A DNA stretch of 64,000 nt from NCBI GenBank assembly GCA_016782645.1, contig JADHYC010000003.1, forward strand, positions 2,819-66,818. The letters are read 5' to 3'. The stretch comes from Fidelibacterota bacterium. Lineage in GTDB: Bacteria > Fidelibacterota > UBA2242. Position numbers and translations under genes: made by a program. Below the pieces are notes generated by a model. It saw only the letters and a list, made by a program, of their open reading frames with translations. It did not search any database and had not been told where the DNA came from. This document shows, piece by piece, positions 9,866 to 19,847 of this stretch; the stretch's first letter is position 1, and the number at the start of each line of letters is the position of its first letter.

Positions 9866-10000
9866 ACCACCCCTCAATCCCCTCCTTGGCAAGGAGGGGA
9901 AAAAGGGGTGGTTAATACATTTACAAAATCAAAAAACATCTTTTTAAATTACTTTCCCTTCTTCCCTTTCTGGTAGCTGCCGGTGGAAAAAGAGGTGGTT
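9866..10000. repeat. REP-like nested palindromes upstream of the DUF559 gene
   Basis: ACCACCCCT-caat-CCCCTCCTT-ggc-AAGGAGGGG-aaaa-AGGGGTGGT (9866-9912) and a degenerate second copy ending AAAAAGAGGTGGTTAAT. Confidence 0.75.
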
Positions 10001-10084
10001 AATGCTTGTTAAAATCAATTGTTAAAAATAGATTTTTTCTGCAAAACTTGAGTTAATTATTCATACTAGCTGTAACAGGACTGC

Positions 10085-11143
10085 TTATCGATTGAATTCT
10101 TTAATTTCCTTGATTGTCTGTAAATAAGAAGTACGAATAGAATCCAGATGTGCTATATAATTAGGTAAATTAGTGGATGGGATATTTTGAAATAAAAACA
10201 GGTATTCAGTATACAAGTTAGTCATCGGCGTTTCTGATTGTAAAAGCCCTTTATTGTTTGATAGTTCAGCATAGTTTGCAAAGTCACTTTCGTATGCTAT
10301 AGAGGGTCCCCAGGAACGACCGTTTTCTTCAAAAGTATTGGTGGAATATACATTCGATTCTCCTGATAAAGCTGTCATTTCTGTACTGAACTGAGACAGC
10401 CTTTTTCGAAGCAATTCTTCTTCTTTTACAGCATCTATTATTAGTTCAATTTGATTAATTTTATTTTCGAGGATTTTTATTAAGTCCTCCTGTATGACTT
10501 TTTTCTGTTTTTGATTTATGAAAAGAGATAAAAACGTGTCGTCTTCGGGAAGGATATTTTGAGTATACAGAGTAAAATATTTTTGACTGTTTAACAACCA
10601 GTCTCTTCTTTGCTTGAGTTCAAGTAAATATAGAAGATTGTTTTTTCTTTTTGTTGAATCTGCCCTGTTTTCCAGTTCAGAAATGGTTGAATCAATTTCA
10701 ATAGTCAGGACGATATAATACTTCTCAAATATCTGATTTGCGCTGGATTTTAATTCAAGCAATTTTTGATAAAATGATATTACATTTTGGTTTAATTCTG
10801 CTTTTTTTTCAGTTATCTTTACTAATTTTCTGCGGTTGAACCAGCTGGGATTATTTTGAGATTCTAATTTATTAGTTTCAATATTTAATTTCTGCAGAGC
10901 ATTTTCCGGTGTAGAATGCTGTTTTTTGAGTTTGATGATTTCGCTGATATTGTGAATAAGTTTATTGTGATATTCTTGAATTGCACTACTGCTGAATGCT
11001 ATTCCTACAATTAATGCGAAATTGAACCCGAAGACTATAAGTAGTTGATATTTGTCTGCCTGCCGAAGCCCGCCTTCCAAAGTACTTGTACGGCGGATAG
11101 ACCTCGGCGCAGGCTGGGATTTTTTTCTCATTTGTTTTATCAC
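10085..11143 (-). CDS. Hypothetical exported/membrane-anchored coiled-coil protein
   Basis: Hydrophobic N-terminal segment preceded by an in-frame palindromic insert; helical body; downstream of the sigma-54 regulator. Confidence 0.7.
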   Translation of the reverse strand: MIKQMRKKSQPAPRSIRRTSTLEGGLRQADKYQLLIVFGFNFALIVGIAFSSSAIQEYHNKLIHNISEIIKLKKQHSTPENALQKLNIETNKLESQNNPSWFNRRKLVKITEKKAELNQNVISFYQKLLELKSSANQIFEKYYIVLTIEIDSTISELENRADSTKRKNNLLYLLELKQRRDWLLNSQKYFTLYTQNILPEDDTFLSLFINQKQKKVIQEDLIKILENKINQIELIIDAVKEEELLRKRLSQFSTEMTALSGESNVYSTNTFEENGRSWGPSIAYESDFANYAELSNNKGLLQSETPMTNLYTEYLFLFQNIPSTNLPNYIAHLDSIRTSYLQTIKEIKEFNR

Positions 11144-11215
11144 TGGATTATGGACGAATAATCTCCAATTAAAAATCTATTCCTTGTGATCTCTGCGTTC
11201 TCTAGGGTGAATTTT

Positions 11216-12583
11216 TTATAAATATTCTTCCTCTCTAACATCATATTTTTCCATTTTGTAATAAAGAGTACTTGTCTTGATGTTTAATTTTTTAGCAGCG
11301 CGTTGCTTTACGCCATTTGTTTCATGCAATGCGTTGATTATCATTTCTCGTTCCATTTTGCTTAGAGTTTGTATCAGATCTCCGTCCGGGATTTGAAATG
11401 AATCTTCTTTTATATTATCTATATCTGTAAAAGTAAAAAGTGAATCAGTAAAAACATCCTCATCAATGAAAACAAGAGCGCGTTCAATGAAATTTTCTAA
11501 CTCTCTAATATTTCCGGGCCAGGAATATGCCTGGAGCTTTCGAATGACACTTGCTGTCACTTGGGGAATATTACGATTGAGTTTTTTCGATTTTATTTTA
11601 AGTATGAAATCGAGCAATAATGGAATGTCCTCTTTTCTGTTACGTAGAGGGGGGATATGTATTGGAATTACGTTAAGTCTATAAAACAGGTCGGAGCGGA
11701 AGAATTTTTCTTTTACTGTCTGCTTTAAATCTTTATTTGTTGCAGCAATTAACCGGAAATCGCTTTTAATATATTTTTCGCCACCTACTCTTTGAAAGCG
11801 TTTATTTTGCAATACTCTTAGTAATTTTACTTGAAGGGCAGGGGACATCTCTCCGATTTCATCCAGAAAAAGTGTTCCATTGTCGCTTTGTTCAAATTTA
11901 CCGATATGAACTTTCATGGCTCCTGTGAATGCACCTTTTTCGTGCCCAAAGAGTTCACTCTCTAAAAGATTTTCATTTAATGCTCCGCAATTAACGGCTA
12001 TAAATGGTCTGTCCTTACCAAAGCTTTCGTTATGAATAGTATAAGCGACAAGCTCTTTCCCGGTTCCACTTTCACCTGTGATCAATATAGAGCTATCAAT
12101 GTTTGCTACTTTTGAGATTTGCGCTTTTATTTTTTTTATAGACTCTGAAATCCCAATTAAGAGTGGTACCTCAATAGGTGCCGCTTTTATTTCCTGTTTT
12201 AATGCCCATCGTTCATAAACTGCTGCTACTTTCTTTCTTAGCTCGGCTATTGAAAAAGGTTTTGTTATAAAATCTTCAGCACCATGTTTCATCGAATCAA
12301 CTGCAATATCTACTGTTGCATAAGCAGTGATTAAGATAACGTCGGTTGCCAGATTTTGCTTTTGAATTGTTTTAAATAATTCAATTCCGTCTATTTTTGG
12401 CATTTTTATATCAGTAATTACCAGATGAAATAAAGATGATTCAAATTTATCCAATCCTTCTTTACCATCAACCGCTGAATCAACAAAATATCCTTCTTTT
12501 TTCAGAGATGTAACGATACCTTCTCTCATTGATTGGTTATCTTCGACGGCTAAGATTCGATATTTTTTCTTTAGATCACTCAT
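11216..12583 (-). CDS. Sigma-54-dependent NtrC-family response regulator
   Basis: REC domain, GESGTGKE, GAFTGA, FLDEIGE, WPGNIREL, Fis HTH. Confidence 0.96.
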   Translation of the reverse strand: MSDLKKKYRILAVEDNQSMREGIVTSLKKEGYFVDSAVDGKEGLDKFESSLFHLVITDIKMPKIDGIELFKTIQKQNLATDVILITAYATVDIAVDSMKHGAEDFITKPFSIAELRKKVAAVYERWALKQEIKAAPIEVPLLIGISESIKKIKAQISKVANIDSSILITGESGTGKELVAYTIHNESFGKDRPFIAVNCGALNENLLESELFGHEKGAFTGAMKVHIGKFEQSDNGTLFLDEIGEMSPALQVKLLRVLQNKRFQRVGGEKYIKSDFRLIAATNKDLKQTVKEKFFRSDLFYRLNVIPIHIPPLRNRKEDIPLLLDFILKIKSKKLNRNIPQVTASVIRKLQAYSWPGNIRELENFIERALVFIDEDVFTDSLFTFTDIDNIKEDSFQIPDGDLIQTLSKMEREMIINALHETNGVKQRAAKKLNIKTSTLYYKMEKYDVREEEYL

Positions 12584-12584
12584 A

Positions 12585-13967
12585 TTAACTCTTCGGTAAA
12601 ATTAAGACAAACTCCGTGCCGTTCTCATCAGAGCGAACAAGATAAATATTTCCCCCGTGCTGCTCGACGATAGATTTAGTGATGGTCAGCCCTAAACCGA
12701 CGCCACTCGCCTTGGTGCTGAAGAAAGCATCAAAAATCTGAGACTGGATTTCTTGTGGGATAGATTTGCCTTTATTACGAAAATGTATTTTTAACTCTGT
12801 TTTGCAATTTATTATTTTTACTTCAATATTGTTAGAACTATCAGATGCCTCAATGCTGTTTTTTAACAAATTGTAGAAGGCATGCCGCATTTTTCCAGGA
12901 TGGATGTTTGTCTTTCCATTACCAACAATAGAAATATTACGGTTGGGAAATTCACTCTGAATTTGTGATACAGACTCTTGGAGGATTTGCCTTATGTCGG
13001 TAAAAATAGTGTTATGTTCAATTGGTCGGGCATAAGTTAAAAATGATTCAACGATTTCCGAAAGATGTTTTACTTCTCTCGAAATGGCTTTTGTATACTT
13101 TGCAATTTTAGAAGAGTGTTCCGATTCTTCTAACAACAAGTCTGCATTTACTTGCATTCCGCCAAGAGGATTTCTAATCTCATGCGCTACTGAAGCGATT
13201 AGCTGTTTGTTTTCTTTTTCTCTTTGATCAATTTCAGATTGCATTTTTTGCATGGTTTTACCAAGGAATCCTATTTCATCATTACGATTCTCAAGTGAAA
13301 ATGATCTACCGCGTCCTTTTCCAATTTCAGAAGCAAATTGAGTGAGTTTATATAGAGGGTGAGTTAAAGTTTGAGATAGTATTAGCGATATAACAATACT
13401 TATTAAAAGAACTATTCCTCCAATGGTGAAGATTTGTCGACGAAGTTTTGCAGTTTCCTGAAAAAAATCAGCATTAGCATCAATGGCTAAAATAGTAGTA
13501 GAACTGTCAGGAAAAGAAACCGGACAGAAGACAGATTTGTAATGATTTCCTGATCTGTCGGAGAATAGAGGTGAACTAACTGTTTTGCCTTCTAATGCTT
13601 GAGAGATTTCCCTTTTGTGAAGCATAACGGATTTGACTGCGCTTTCTTCCTTTCCTACAGATAGAATAATAATTCCTGATTCCTGAATAATATAGATTGT
13701 ATTAGCGGAAAATTGTAATAAATGTCGGCTAAAGAATTGCTTCAGTGAATCTTTTACAATAAGCGATTCGGGATATTTGTTTAGGAATTCAATCAGGGAA
13801 AAGTCTAACTTTTTTCTGAAGAGAGTAATATTAGATTTCATGTGCTGAGATAACTGTTTTTCCAATGCTTGCCTAGTCTGCCAGTAAATCGGTACCGACA
13901 AAGATAGAATAACCAGTATAACAAGTGAGCCGGTAACTAAAGCAATTTTCCAGGATAATTTTTTCAT
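12585..13967 (-). CDS. Membrane sensor histidine kinase with HAMP domain
   Basis: Two TM helices, DEIGFL, AHEIRNPL, NLLKNS, GVGLGL. Confidence 0.94.
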   Translation of the reverse strand: MKKLSWKIALVTGSLVILVILSLSVPIYWQTRQALEKQLSQHMKSNITLFRKKLDFSLIEFLNKYPESLIVKDSLKQFFSRHLLQFSANTIYIIQESGIIILSVGKEESAVKSVMLHKREISQALEGKTVSSPLFSDRSGNHYKSVFCPVSFPDSSTTILAIDANADFFQETAKLRRQIFTIGGIVLLISIVISLILSQTLTHPLYKLTQFASEIGKGRGRSFSLENRNDEIGFLGKTMQKMQSEIDQREKENKQLIASVAHEIRNPLGGMQVNADLLLEESEHSSKIAKYTKAISREVKHLSEIVESFLTYARPIEHNTIFTDIRQILQESVSQIQSEFPNRNISIVGNGKTNIHPGKMRHAFYNLLKNSIEASDSSNNIEVKIINCKTELKIHFRNKGKSIPQEIQSQIFDAFFSTKASGVGLGLTITKSIVEQHGGNIYLVRSDENGTEFVLILPKS

Positions 13968-14107
13968 TTCACCATAAGTTAATGATATATTTTTATTTAT
14001 AAAAAAATAAGAGTTTGGAAATTATTAATAATGAGCCGTGCAAAAATCTTTCTTTTTCATTTTGAAATGGATTAAATTTGTGACCATTTGAAATTAATAG
14101 AGTATTC

Positions 14108-15424
14108 ATGAAAATTGGAATCCGAAGAGAAGACAAGAACGAGTGGGAGGGAAGAGTTCCCATAATTCCTGAACATGTAAAAGAACTATATCAAAAGTAT
14201 GATATTAAATTTGTTGTTCAACCGTCAAGTATTCGAGCATTTAGTGTTGAAGAATATCGTCAAGCAGGTGCAATAATTCAGGAAGATCTTTCAGAATGTT
14301 CGATCATTTTGGCTATAAAAGAGATACAGGAAGATTTTTTCATTCAAAATAAAGTTTACGTATTTTTTTCACATACGATTAAAGGTCAACAACATAACAT
14401 GCCTATGCTTAAACGCATGATGGAACTTAAAGATACGCTCATTGATTATGAACGAATTGTTGATGATAAAGGAAAGCGTATTGTTTTTTTTGGTCGTTTT
14501 GCCGGGATTGCGGGGATGATTGACGTATTTTGGGCTTTTGGTCAGCGTCTGGAGTGGGAAGGTTATAAAACTCCCTTTAGTAAATTAAAACAAGCGCTTA
14601 ATTATTCAGGTTTGGATGAAGTTAAGTCTGTTTATAAAGGGATTGGGAAGGTTATCAAGAAGGAGGGCTTGCCAAAGGATATTATTCCATTAATAGTTGG
14701 TTTTGCCGGATATGGTAATGTTTCCAGAGGTGCCCAGGAAATGTTTGACCTGTTTCCTCATAAAAAAATAGAACCGAAACATTTAAAAGATTTCATGAAA
14801 AAACGCAATTTCTCAAGTCATCATTTATATAAAGTGATTTTTAAAGAAAAAGATATGGTACAACCTACTGATTCATCAATTTCATTTACTCTGCAAGATT
14901 ATTATCATCATCCTGAAAAATATACTTCAAAGTTTGAAGATTACCTCCCTCATTTGAAAGTTTTAGTGAATGCGATTTACTGGGACAAGATGTACCCGAA
15001 GCTTGTCACAAAAAAGTATTTAAAAACTATTTATGAAGCAGGGAAAACGCTGCCTTTGAGAGTGATTGGTGATATAAGCTGCGATGTTGAAGGTTCGATT
15101 GAATGTAATTTAGCGACTACAAATTCAGGTAACCCTGTGTATATTTATGATCCATTAAATCAAACCATAAGATATGGGGTAGAAGGTAATGGTTCTGTTA
15201 TATTGGCAATTGATAATCTTCCTTGTGAATTACCTAAAGAGTCATCATCGATTTTCAGTGGTGTTTTGGAACACTTTATACCTCGATTGGTAGAAGTTGA
15301 TTTTTCAGTACCTTTTGAGAAAGTTAATATTCACCCAGAGATCAAACGTGCTACTATTTTGTATAAAGGGGAGTTAACACCTGATTACAAATATTTATTG
15401 GAGTATTTGAATATATCTAAATAA
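14108..15424 (+). CDS. Lysine-ketoglutarate reductase-like enzyme (AlaDH/PNT fold)
   Basis: IRREDKNEWEGRVP, FFSHTIKGQ, IDYE, FGRFAGIAG, GYGNVSRGAQE, DISCD, IDNLPCELP. Confidence 0.88.
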   Translation: MKIGIRREDKNEWEGRVPIIPEHVKELYQKYDIKFVVQPSSIRAFSVEEYRQAGAIIQEDLSECSIILAIKEIQEDFFIQNKVYVFFSHTIKGQQHNMPMLKRMMELKDTLIDYERIVDDKGKRIVFFGRFAGIAGMIDVFWAFGQRLEWEGYKTPFSKLKQALNYSGLDEVKSVYKGIGKVIKKEGLPKDIIPLIVGFAGYGNVSRGAQEMFDLFPHKKIEPKHLKDFMKKRNFSSHHLYKVIFKEKDMVQPTDSSISFTLQDYYHHPEKYTSKFEDYLPHLKVLVNAIYWDKMYPKLVTKKYLKTIYEAGKTLPLRVIGDISCDVEGSIECNLATTNSGNPVYIYDPLNQTIRYGVEGNGSVILAIDNLPCELPKESSSIFSGVLEHFIPRLVEVDFSVPFEKVNIHPEIKRATILYKGELTPDYKYLLEYLNISK

Positions 15425-15514
15425 TTATTTGAGTAGTTAATTAGATACAATAATTTCTATTTCTTTTTGATTAACAAGAAATCGTTTTAAATATTATTGG
15501 AAGAGGAGATGAAA

Positions 15515-16834
15515 ATGAAGAATGTTTTGGTTTTAGGTGCTGGTCTTGTTTCAAGACCATTAGTAAGGTATTTGTTAGATGAGCCGGAATTCCATGTAAA
15601 AGTTGCGAGCCGGACTGTTAGTAAAGCTGAAAAGTTGATTCAAGGACATCCGAGAGGTAACGCACAGGCATTAAATGTAAAGGATACTGAACAATTAAGA
15701 GATTTAATTAAAGAATGTGATATAGCAATCAGCCTTTTACCCTATACCTATCATGTAAAAGTTGCTGAGATGTGTATTGAATTCAAAAAGAACATGGTAA
15801 CAACTTCTTATATTAGTGCTCCAATGAAAATATTAGATGAAAATGCACGTAAGGCGAATGTATTAATTCTGAATGAAATTGGTGTAGATCCAGGAATTGA
15901 TCACATGTCTGCAATGAGAATTATTCACAAAGTCGAAAATAGTGGCGGAAAGGTTGTTAGCTTTCGTTCCTATTGTGGTGGTTTACCGGCGCCTGAAGCT
16001 AATACAAATCCTTTCGGATATAAATTTAGTTGGAGTCCGCGTGGTGTTTTAATGGCAGGTAGAAATGATGCGAAGTATCTGGAGAATGGTAAGGTAATAG
16101 AGATTCCTGGGAAGGAACTCTTCAAACATCATTGGCCATTGGAGATCGAAGATGAGGGATTGTTTGAAACTTACCCGAATAGGGATTCCATACCATATAT
16201 TGAGACTTATGGACTTAAATATGCTCACACAATGTTTCGAGGAACGATAAGAAACATCGGTTGGTGTGATACACTTTATTGCATTGCCAAATTAGGTCTG
16301 CTTAATGATGCTGGAAGGGATGATCTGAAAGGCATAACATTCGATGATTTGATAGGGAAATTAGTAAATACTAGAGAAGGAATATCTACACATGAAGCAA
16401 CTGAAAAGTTCCTTGGTGATGATGCTACTGAAAGAGTTTTCGATATGCTCGACTGGTTAGGATTATTTAGCAGTGAAACCCTTCCTGATGAAAATAATCT
16501 TCTTGATGTTATGACTGATAAGTTTCTTAAGAAGATGTCTTATGAAAAAAATGAACGCGATATGATTGTTCTCTTTCATGATTTTATTGCTGAATGGTCG
16601 GATAAGAAAAAAAGAATCACTTCAACATTAATAGATTTTGGAATTCCCGATAGCGATTCTTCAATGGCTCGCACAGTTAGTCTTCCGGCAGCTATTGCTA
16701 CAAAGATGATCCTAAAGGGGAAAATTGATGTCACTGGTGTTCATGCTCCTGTTTTATCAGAAATTTATAACCCTGTTTTGGATGAGCTCGAGACGATGAA
16801 TATCGTCTGTAAAGAGAAAGAGTATTCTCTATAA
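15515..16834 (+). CDS. Saccharopine dehydrogenase (glutamate-forming type)
   Basis: VLGAGLV, NEIGVDPGIDHM, SYCGGLP, KFSWSPRG, YPNRDS, SMARTVSLP; GAGGAG SD before ATG 15515. Confidence 0.93.
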   Translation: MKNVLVLGAGLVSRPLVRYLLDEPEFHVKVASRTVSKAEKLIQGHPRGNAQALNVKDTEQLRDLIKECDIAISLLPYTYHVKVAEMCIEFKKNMVTTSYISAPMKILDENARKANVLILNEIGVDPGIDHMSAMRIIHKVENSGGKVVSFRSYCGGLPAPEANTNPFGYKFSWSPRGVLMAGRNDAKYLENGKVIEIPGKELFKHHWPLEIEDEGLFETYPNRDSIPYIETYGLKYAHTMFRGTIRNIGWCDTLYCIAKLGLLNDAGRDDLKGITFDDLIGKLVNTREGISTHEATEKFLGDDATERVFDMLDWLGLFSSETLPDENNLLDVMTDKFLKKMSYEKNERDMIVLFHDFIAEWSDKKKRITSTLIDFGIPDSDSSMARTVSLPAAIATKMILKGKIDVTGVHAPVLSEIYNPVLDELETMNIVCKEKEYSL

Positions 16835-17189
16835 ACTTTTGATACTTCATAAACCTGTTTTATCCCGACGAATGGCAGGGCAAACGGATTTTTATAGTTG
16901 AATTGTAGCTGCGAATTGTCAAGTTCGTAGGTTGTGTCTTTCAGCTGACGGATTCGACGTTACGTGAATAAAACCCATTTAGTTCCGCTATTTGTTGGGG
17001 AAGGAAACTGATTTAGTTCAGTTAAGAACAAACCGATTTTTCCGAAGGTGTGTCTATGATGCACGAAGACCAATTGGTTTTTATTATCTTGTTCAGCTAT
17101 TTTGTAAGATTATTCGTGATGGGATAAAAGCGCAATTCCTCAACTGCTATGAATGAGCCTTAAAGTACTCCTTCCCAATCTATATCGAG

Positions 17190-17605
17190 CAATCATTCCT
17201 AAATCCCAGCCTGGGAATGGAAAATGGAATACGAAAGATAAAACTGATTTCAGAGCGCCAGGATTGGCTTTATTCAAGTGCGAGGAGTTTTTAATAGAGA
17301 GAATGTTTTTAAAGTTGGAGAGATAGAGTTGTAGGTTTGCGGTGTTAGCGTTATCAAGCTGGGGCTTGGGAATGAAAATATTGTGCTATGTCTTGGGAAC
17401 AAGATTATTATGCCGGAACTTAGGAACAAGGAAGAGAAAAGAGTCGGGGCTTGTGTCAAAGACATCTCTCCGAGAGGAACGAGATGTGTCACCGTACCTA
17501 GAATATTTCTTATGTAGTCCTCCATGACTTCTTTCTTTAAAACGTATCTGAATATTAATATTTCTTCAACATGTCTCCCCTGCGAAACGGTGTGTTTGTA
17601 GAAAA
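17190..17605. repeat. Cluster of degenerate REP-like palindromes
   Basis: ATTCCTAAATCCCAGCCTGGGAAT, CAAGCTGGGGCTTGGGAATG, CTTGGGAACAAG, CTTAGGAACAAG, CATCTCTCCGAGAGGAACGAGATG. Confidence 0.5.
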
Positions 17606-17747
17606 CAGAATAGTGATATTCAAGGTAATAATAACCTTCTAAGAACGACCTGTCAAATAAAATTTTATTGTAAAAGTGTACATTTAGATTATTTTATAAG
17701 TGTGTATGGTCTAATATTTTTTAATAAAATAAAAAGAGGAGGCTCAG

Positions 17748-19673
17748 ATGAGTAAAACGTTTTTATTTTTTACATTAATTTTGATAGCGCTATTTTTTAT
17801 GCTGGGATGTACACAGGAAGTGAAGCAAGCCGAAGCTCCGCTTATTCCAATGGAGGACTTTTTTAAAAATCCCCAAAAAATAGCATTTCAACTCTCGCCC
17901 AACGGTGAATATTTAGCATTTCTACAACCGTGGGAAAATCGTTTGAATGTGCATGTCCAAAAGATTGGTGAGGATAAAGCGGTGCGAGTAACTGATGCCA
18001 CAGAGCGTGATATTGCAGGATATTTTTGGGCAAATAATAACCGTTTAGCCTTTGTTAAAGATAAGGGAGGTGATGAGAACTATAAACTTTACGCCGTTGA
18101 TGTTGATGCTTCAAACCTCAAAGAATTAACACCATTTGAAAAAGTACGCGTTCAAATTATAGATGATCTGGAAGACAATGAAGATGAAATGATCATCGGG
18201 CTTAATAAACGGGATAAAAGGATTTTCGATGCTTATCGTATTAATATTAATACCGGGGAAATGGATGTGATTGCCCAGAATCCTGGCAATATCACTGGCT
18301 GGTTAACTGATAATGATGGTCTTTTACGTGCCGCAGTTACTGCAGATGGCGTTAATACGAGCGTACTTTATCGCGAAAAAGAATCCGATGACTTTAAAAC
18401 AATCATTACCATGAGCTTTAAAGAAACATTAGCTCCATTATATTTCACTTTTGATAATAAAAATATTTATGCTGCTTCTAATTTAGGTCGAGATAAAACA
18501 ACCATTGTAAAATATGACATCGCTAATGCTAAAGAATTGGAAGTTATTTATGAACATCCCGAAGTAGATGTTTACAGACTACTCAGATCCAAGAAAAGGA
18601 AAGTAATTACCGGCGTGTCTTTCTTTACAGATATGAGGCACTACTATTTTTTTGACGATATGCGCAAAGACTTGCAAAAGATATTAGAAAAGAAATTACA
18701 GGGTTATGAAGTAGTTGTTGCCAGTATGAGTAAGGATGAAAGAAAGGTATTGGTAAGAACCTATAGTGATAAGTCACGTGGCGATTACTATTATTATAAT
18801 CTCGATACAAAAGAATTAAATAAGTTGGTTGAGATAAGCCCATGGCTTAATGAAAAACATCTGGCAGATATGAAGCCCATCAAGTATCAATCAAGAGATG
18901 GCTTGACCATCAATGGCTATTTAACCTTGCCAAAAGGTGTGAAAGCAAAGAATTTACCCGTAGTCGTTAATCCTCACGGTGGACCTTGGGCACGTAATCA
19001 CTGGGGATTTAATCCCGAAGTACAGTTTTTAGTCAACCGCGGCTATGCTCTATTGCAGATGAACTTTAGAGGTTCTACCGGCTATGGGCGTGAATTCTGG
19101 GAAATTAGCTTCAAACAGTGGGGCAGGACAATGCAAGATGATATAACTGACGGTGTTAAATGGCTTATTAATCAGGGCATCGCTGATCCTCAACGCATAG
19201 GTATCTACGGTGGTTCATACGGTGGTTATGCTACATTAGCGGGTTTAACTTTTACTCCTGATTTATATACCTGTGGGGTTGATTATGTTGGTGTTTCAAA
19301 TCTATTTACATTTATGAATACTATCCCGCCATACTGGGAACCATACCGCCAGATGTGGTACGAGATGGTTGGTGACCCCGAAAAGGATGCTGAAATGATG
19401 AAAGCAGCTTCGCCCGTTTTTCATGTTGATAAGATTAAAGCTCCTCTTTTTGTTGCCCAGGGCGCTAATGATCCACGTGTAAATAAAGATGAATCAGATC
19501 AAATGGTGGCGGCGTTGAAAAAACGAGGTATTGATGTTCCTTATATGGTCAAGGATAACGAAGGACACGGCTTTCGCAATGAAGAGAATCGCTTTGATTT
19601 CTATCGTGAAATGGAAGAATTTCTTGCGAAGCACTTAGAAGGAAGGATTTTAGAGAAAAAGGATTTGGATTAA
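17748..19673 (+). CDS. S9 family (prolyl oligopeptidase-like) serine peptidase, probable lipoprotein
   Basis: MLGC lipobox-like motif, PHGGP, GGSYGGY nucleophile elbow, DPRV, EGHG. Confidence 0.95.
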   Translation: MSKTFLFFTLILIALFFMLGCTQEVKQAEAPLIPMEDFFKNPQKIAFQLSPNGEYLAFLQPWENRLNVHVQKIGEDKAVRVTDATERDIAGYFWANNNRLAFVKDKGGDENYKLYAVDVDASNLKELTPFEKVRVQIIDDLEDNEDEMIIGLNKRDKRIFDAYRININTGEMDVIAQNPGNITGWLTDNDGLLRAAVTADGVNTSVLYREKESDDFKTIITMSFKETLAPLYFTFDNKNIYAASNLGRDKTTIVKYDIANAKELEVIYEHPEVDVYRLLRSKKRKVITGVSFFTDMRHYYFFDDMRKDLQKILEKKLQGYEVVVASMSKDERKVLVRTYSDKSRGDYYYYNLDTKELNKLVEISPWLNEKHLADMKPIKYQSRDGLTINGYLTLPKGVKAKNLPVVVNPHGGPWARNHWGFNPEVQFLVNRGYALLQMNFRGSTGYGREFWEISFKQWGRTMQDDITDGVKWLINQGIADPQRIGIYGGSYGGYATLAGLTFTPDLYTCGVDYVGVSNLFTFMNTIPPYWEPYRQMWYEMVGDPEKDAEMMKAASPVFHVDKIKAPLFVAQGANDPRVNKDESDQMVAALKKRGIDVPYMVKDNEGHGFRNEENRFDFYREMEEFLAKHLEGRILEKKDLD

Positions 19674-19847
19674 TTTGGTAAAGCCTCTAATTTAATTTTT
19701 TCATTCTTTACAGATTTTAGTGTAGTAAGTATTCCAGTTGGAAATAAATCTTATATGTTTTTAATATTGTTATGATTATTGGTTAGTGTTTTTCTTAACT
19801 TTCCGATTCACAAATTTGTTAATTCATTTGGTAAAATAGAGGAAATT

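Noticed and set aside
16943..16965. GCTGACGGATTCGAC resembles the tmRNA 5' end
   Set aside because: No GGGG 5' acceptor arm, tag ORF or T-arm/CCA 3' end found downstream
16994..17178. About 185-nt region closed by GGGAAGGA/TCCTTCCC, 6S-RNA-like in size
   Set aside because: Internal pairing is unconvincing by eye and the region may be a coding scrap; needs an Rfam search
17274..17527. Short ORFs on both strands
   Set aside because: They overlay REP-like repeats and have no SD or recognisable domain
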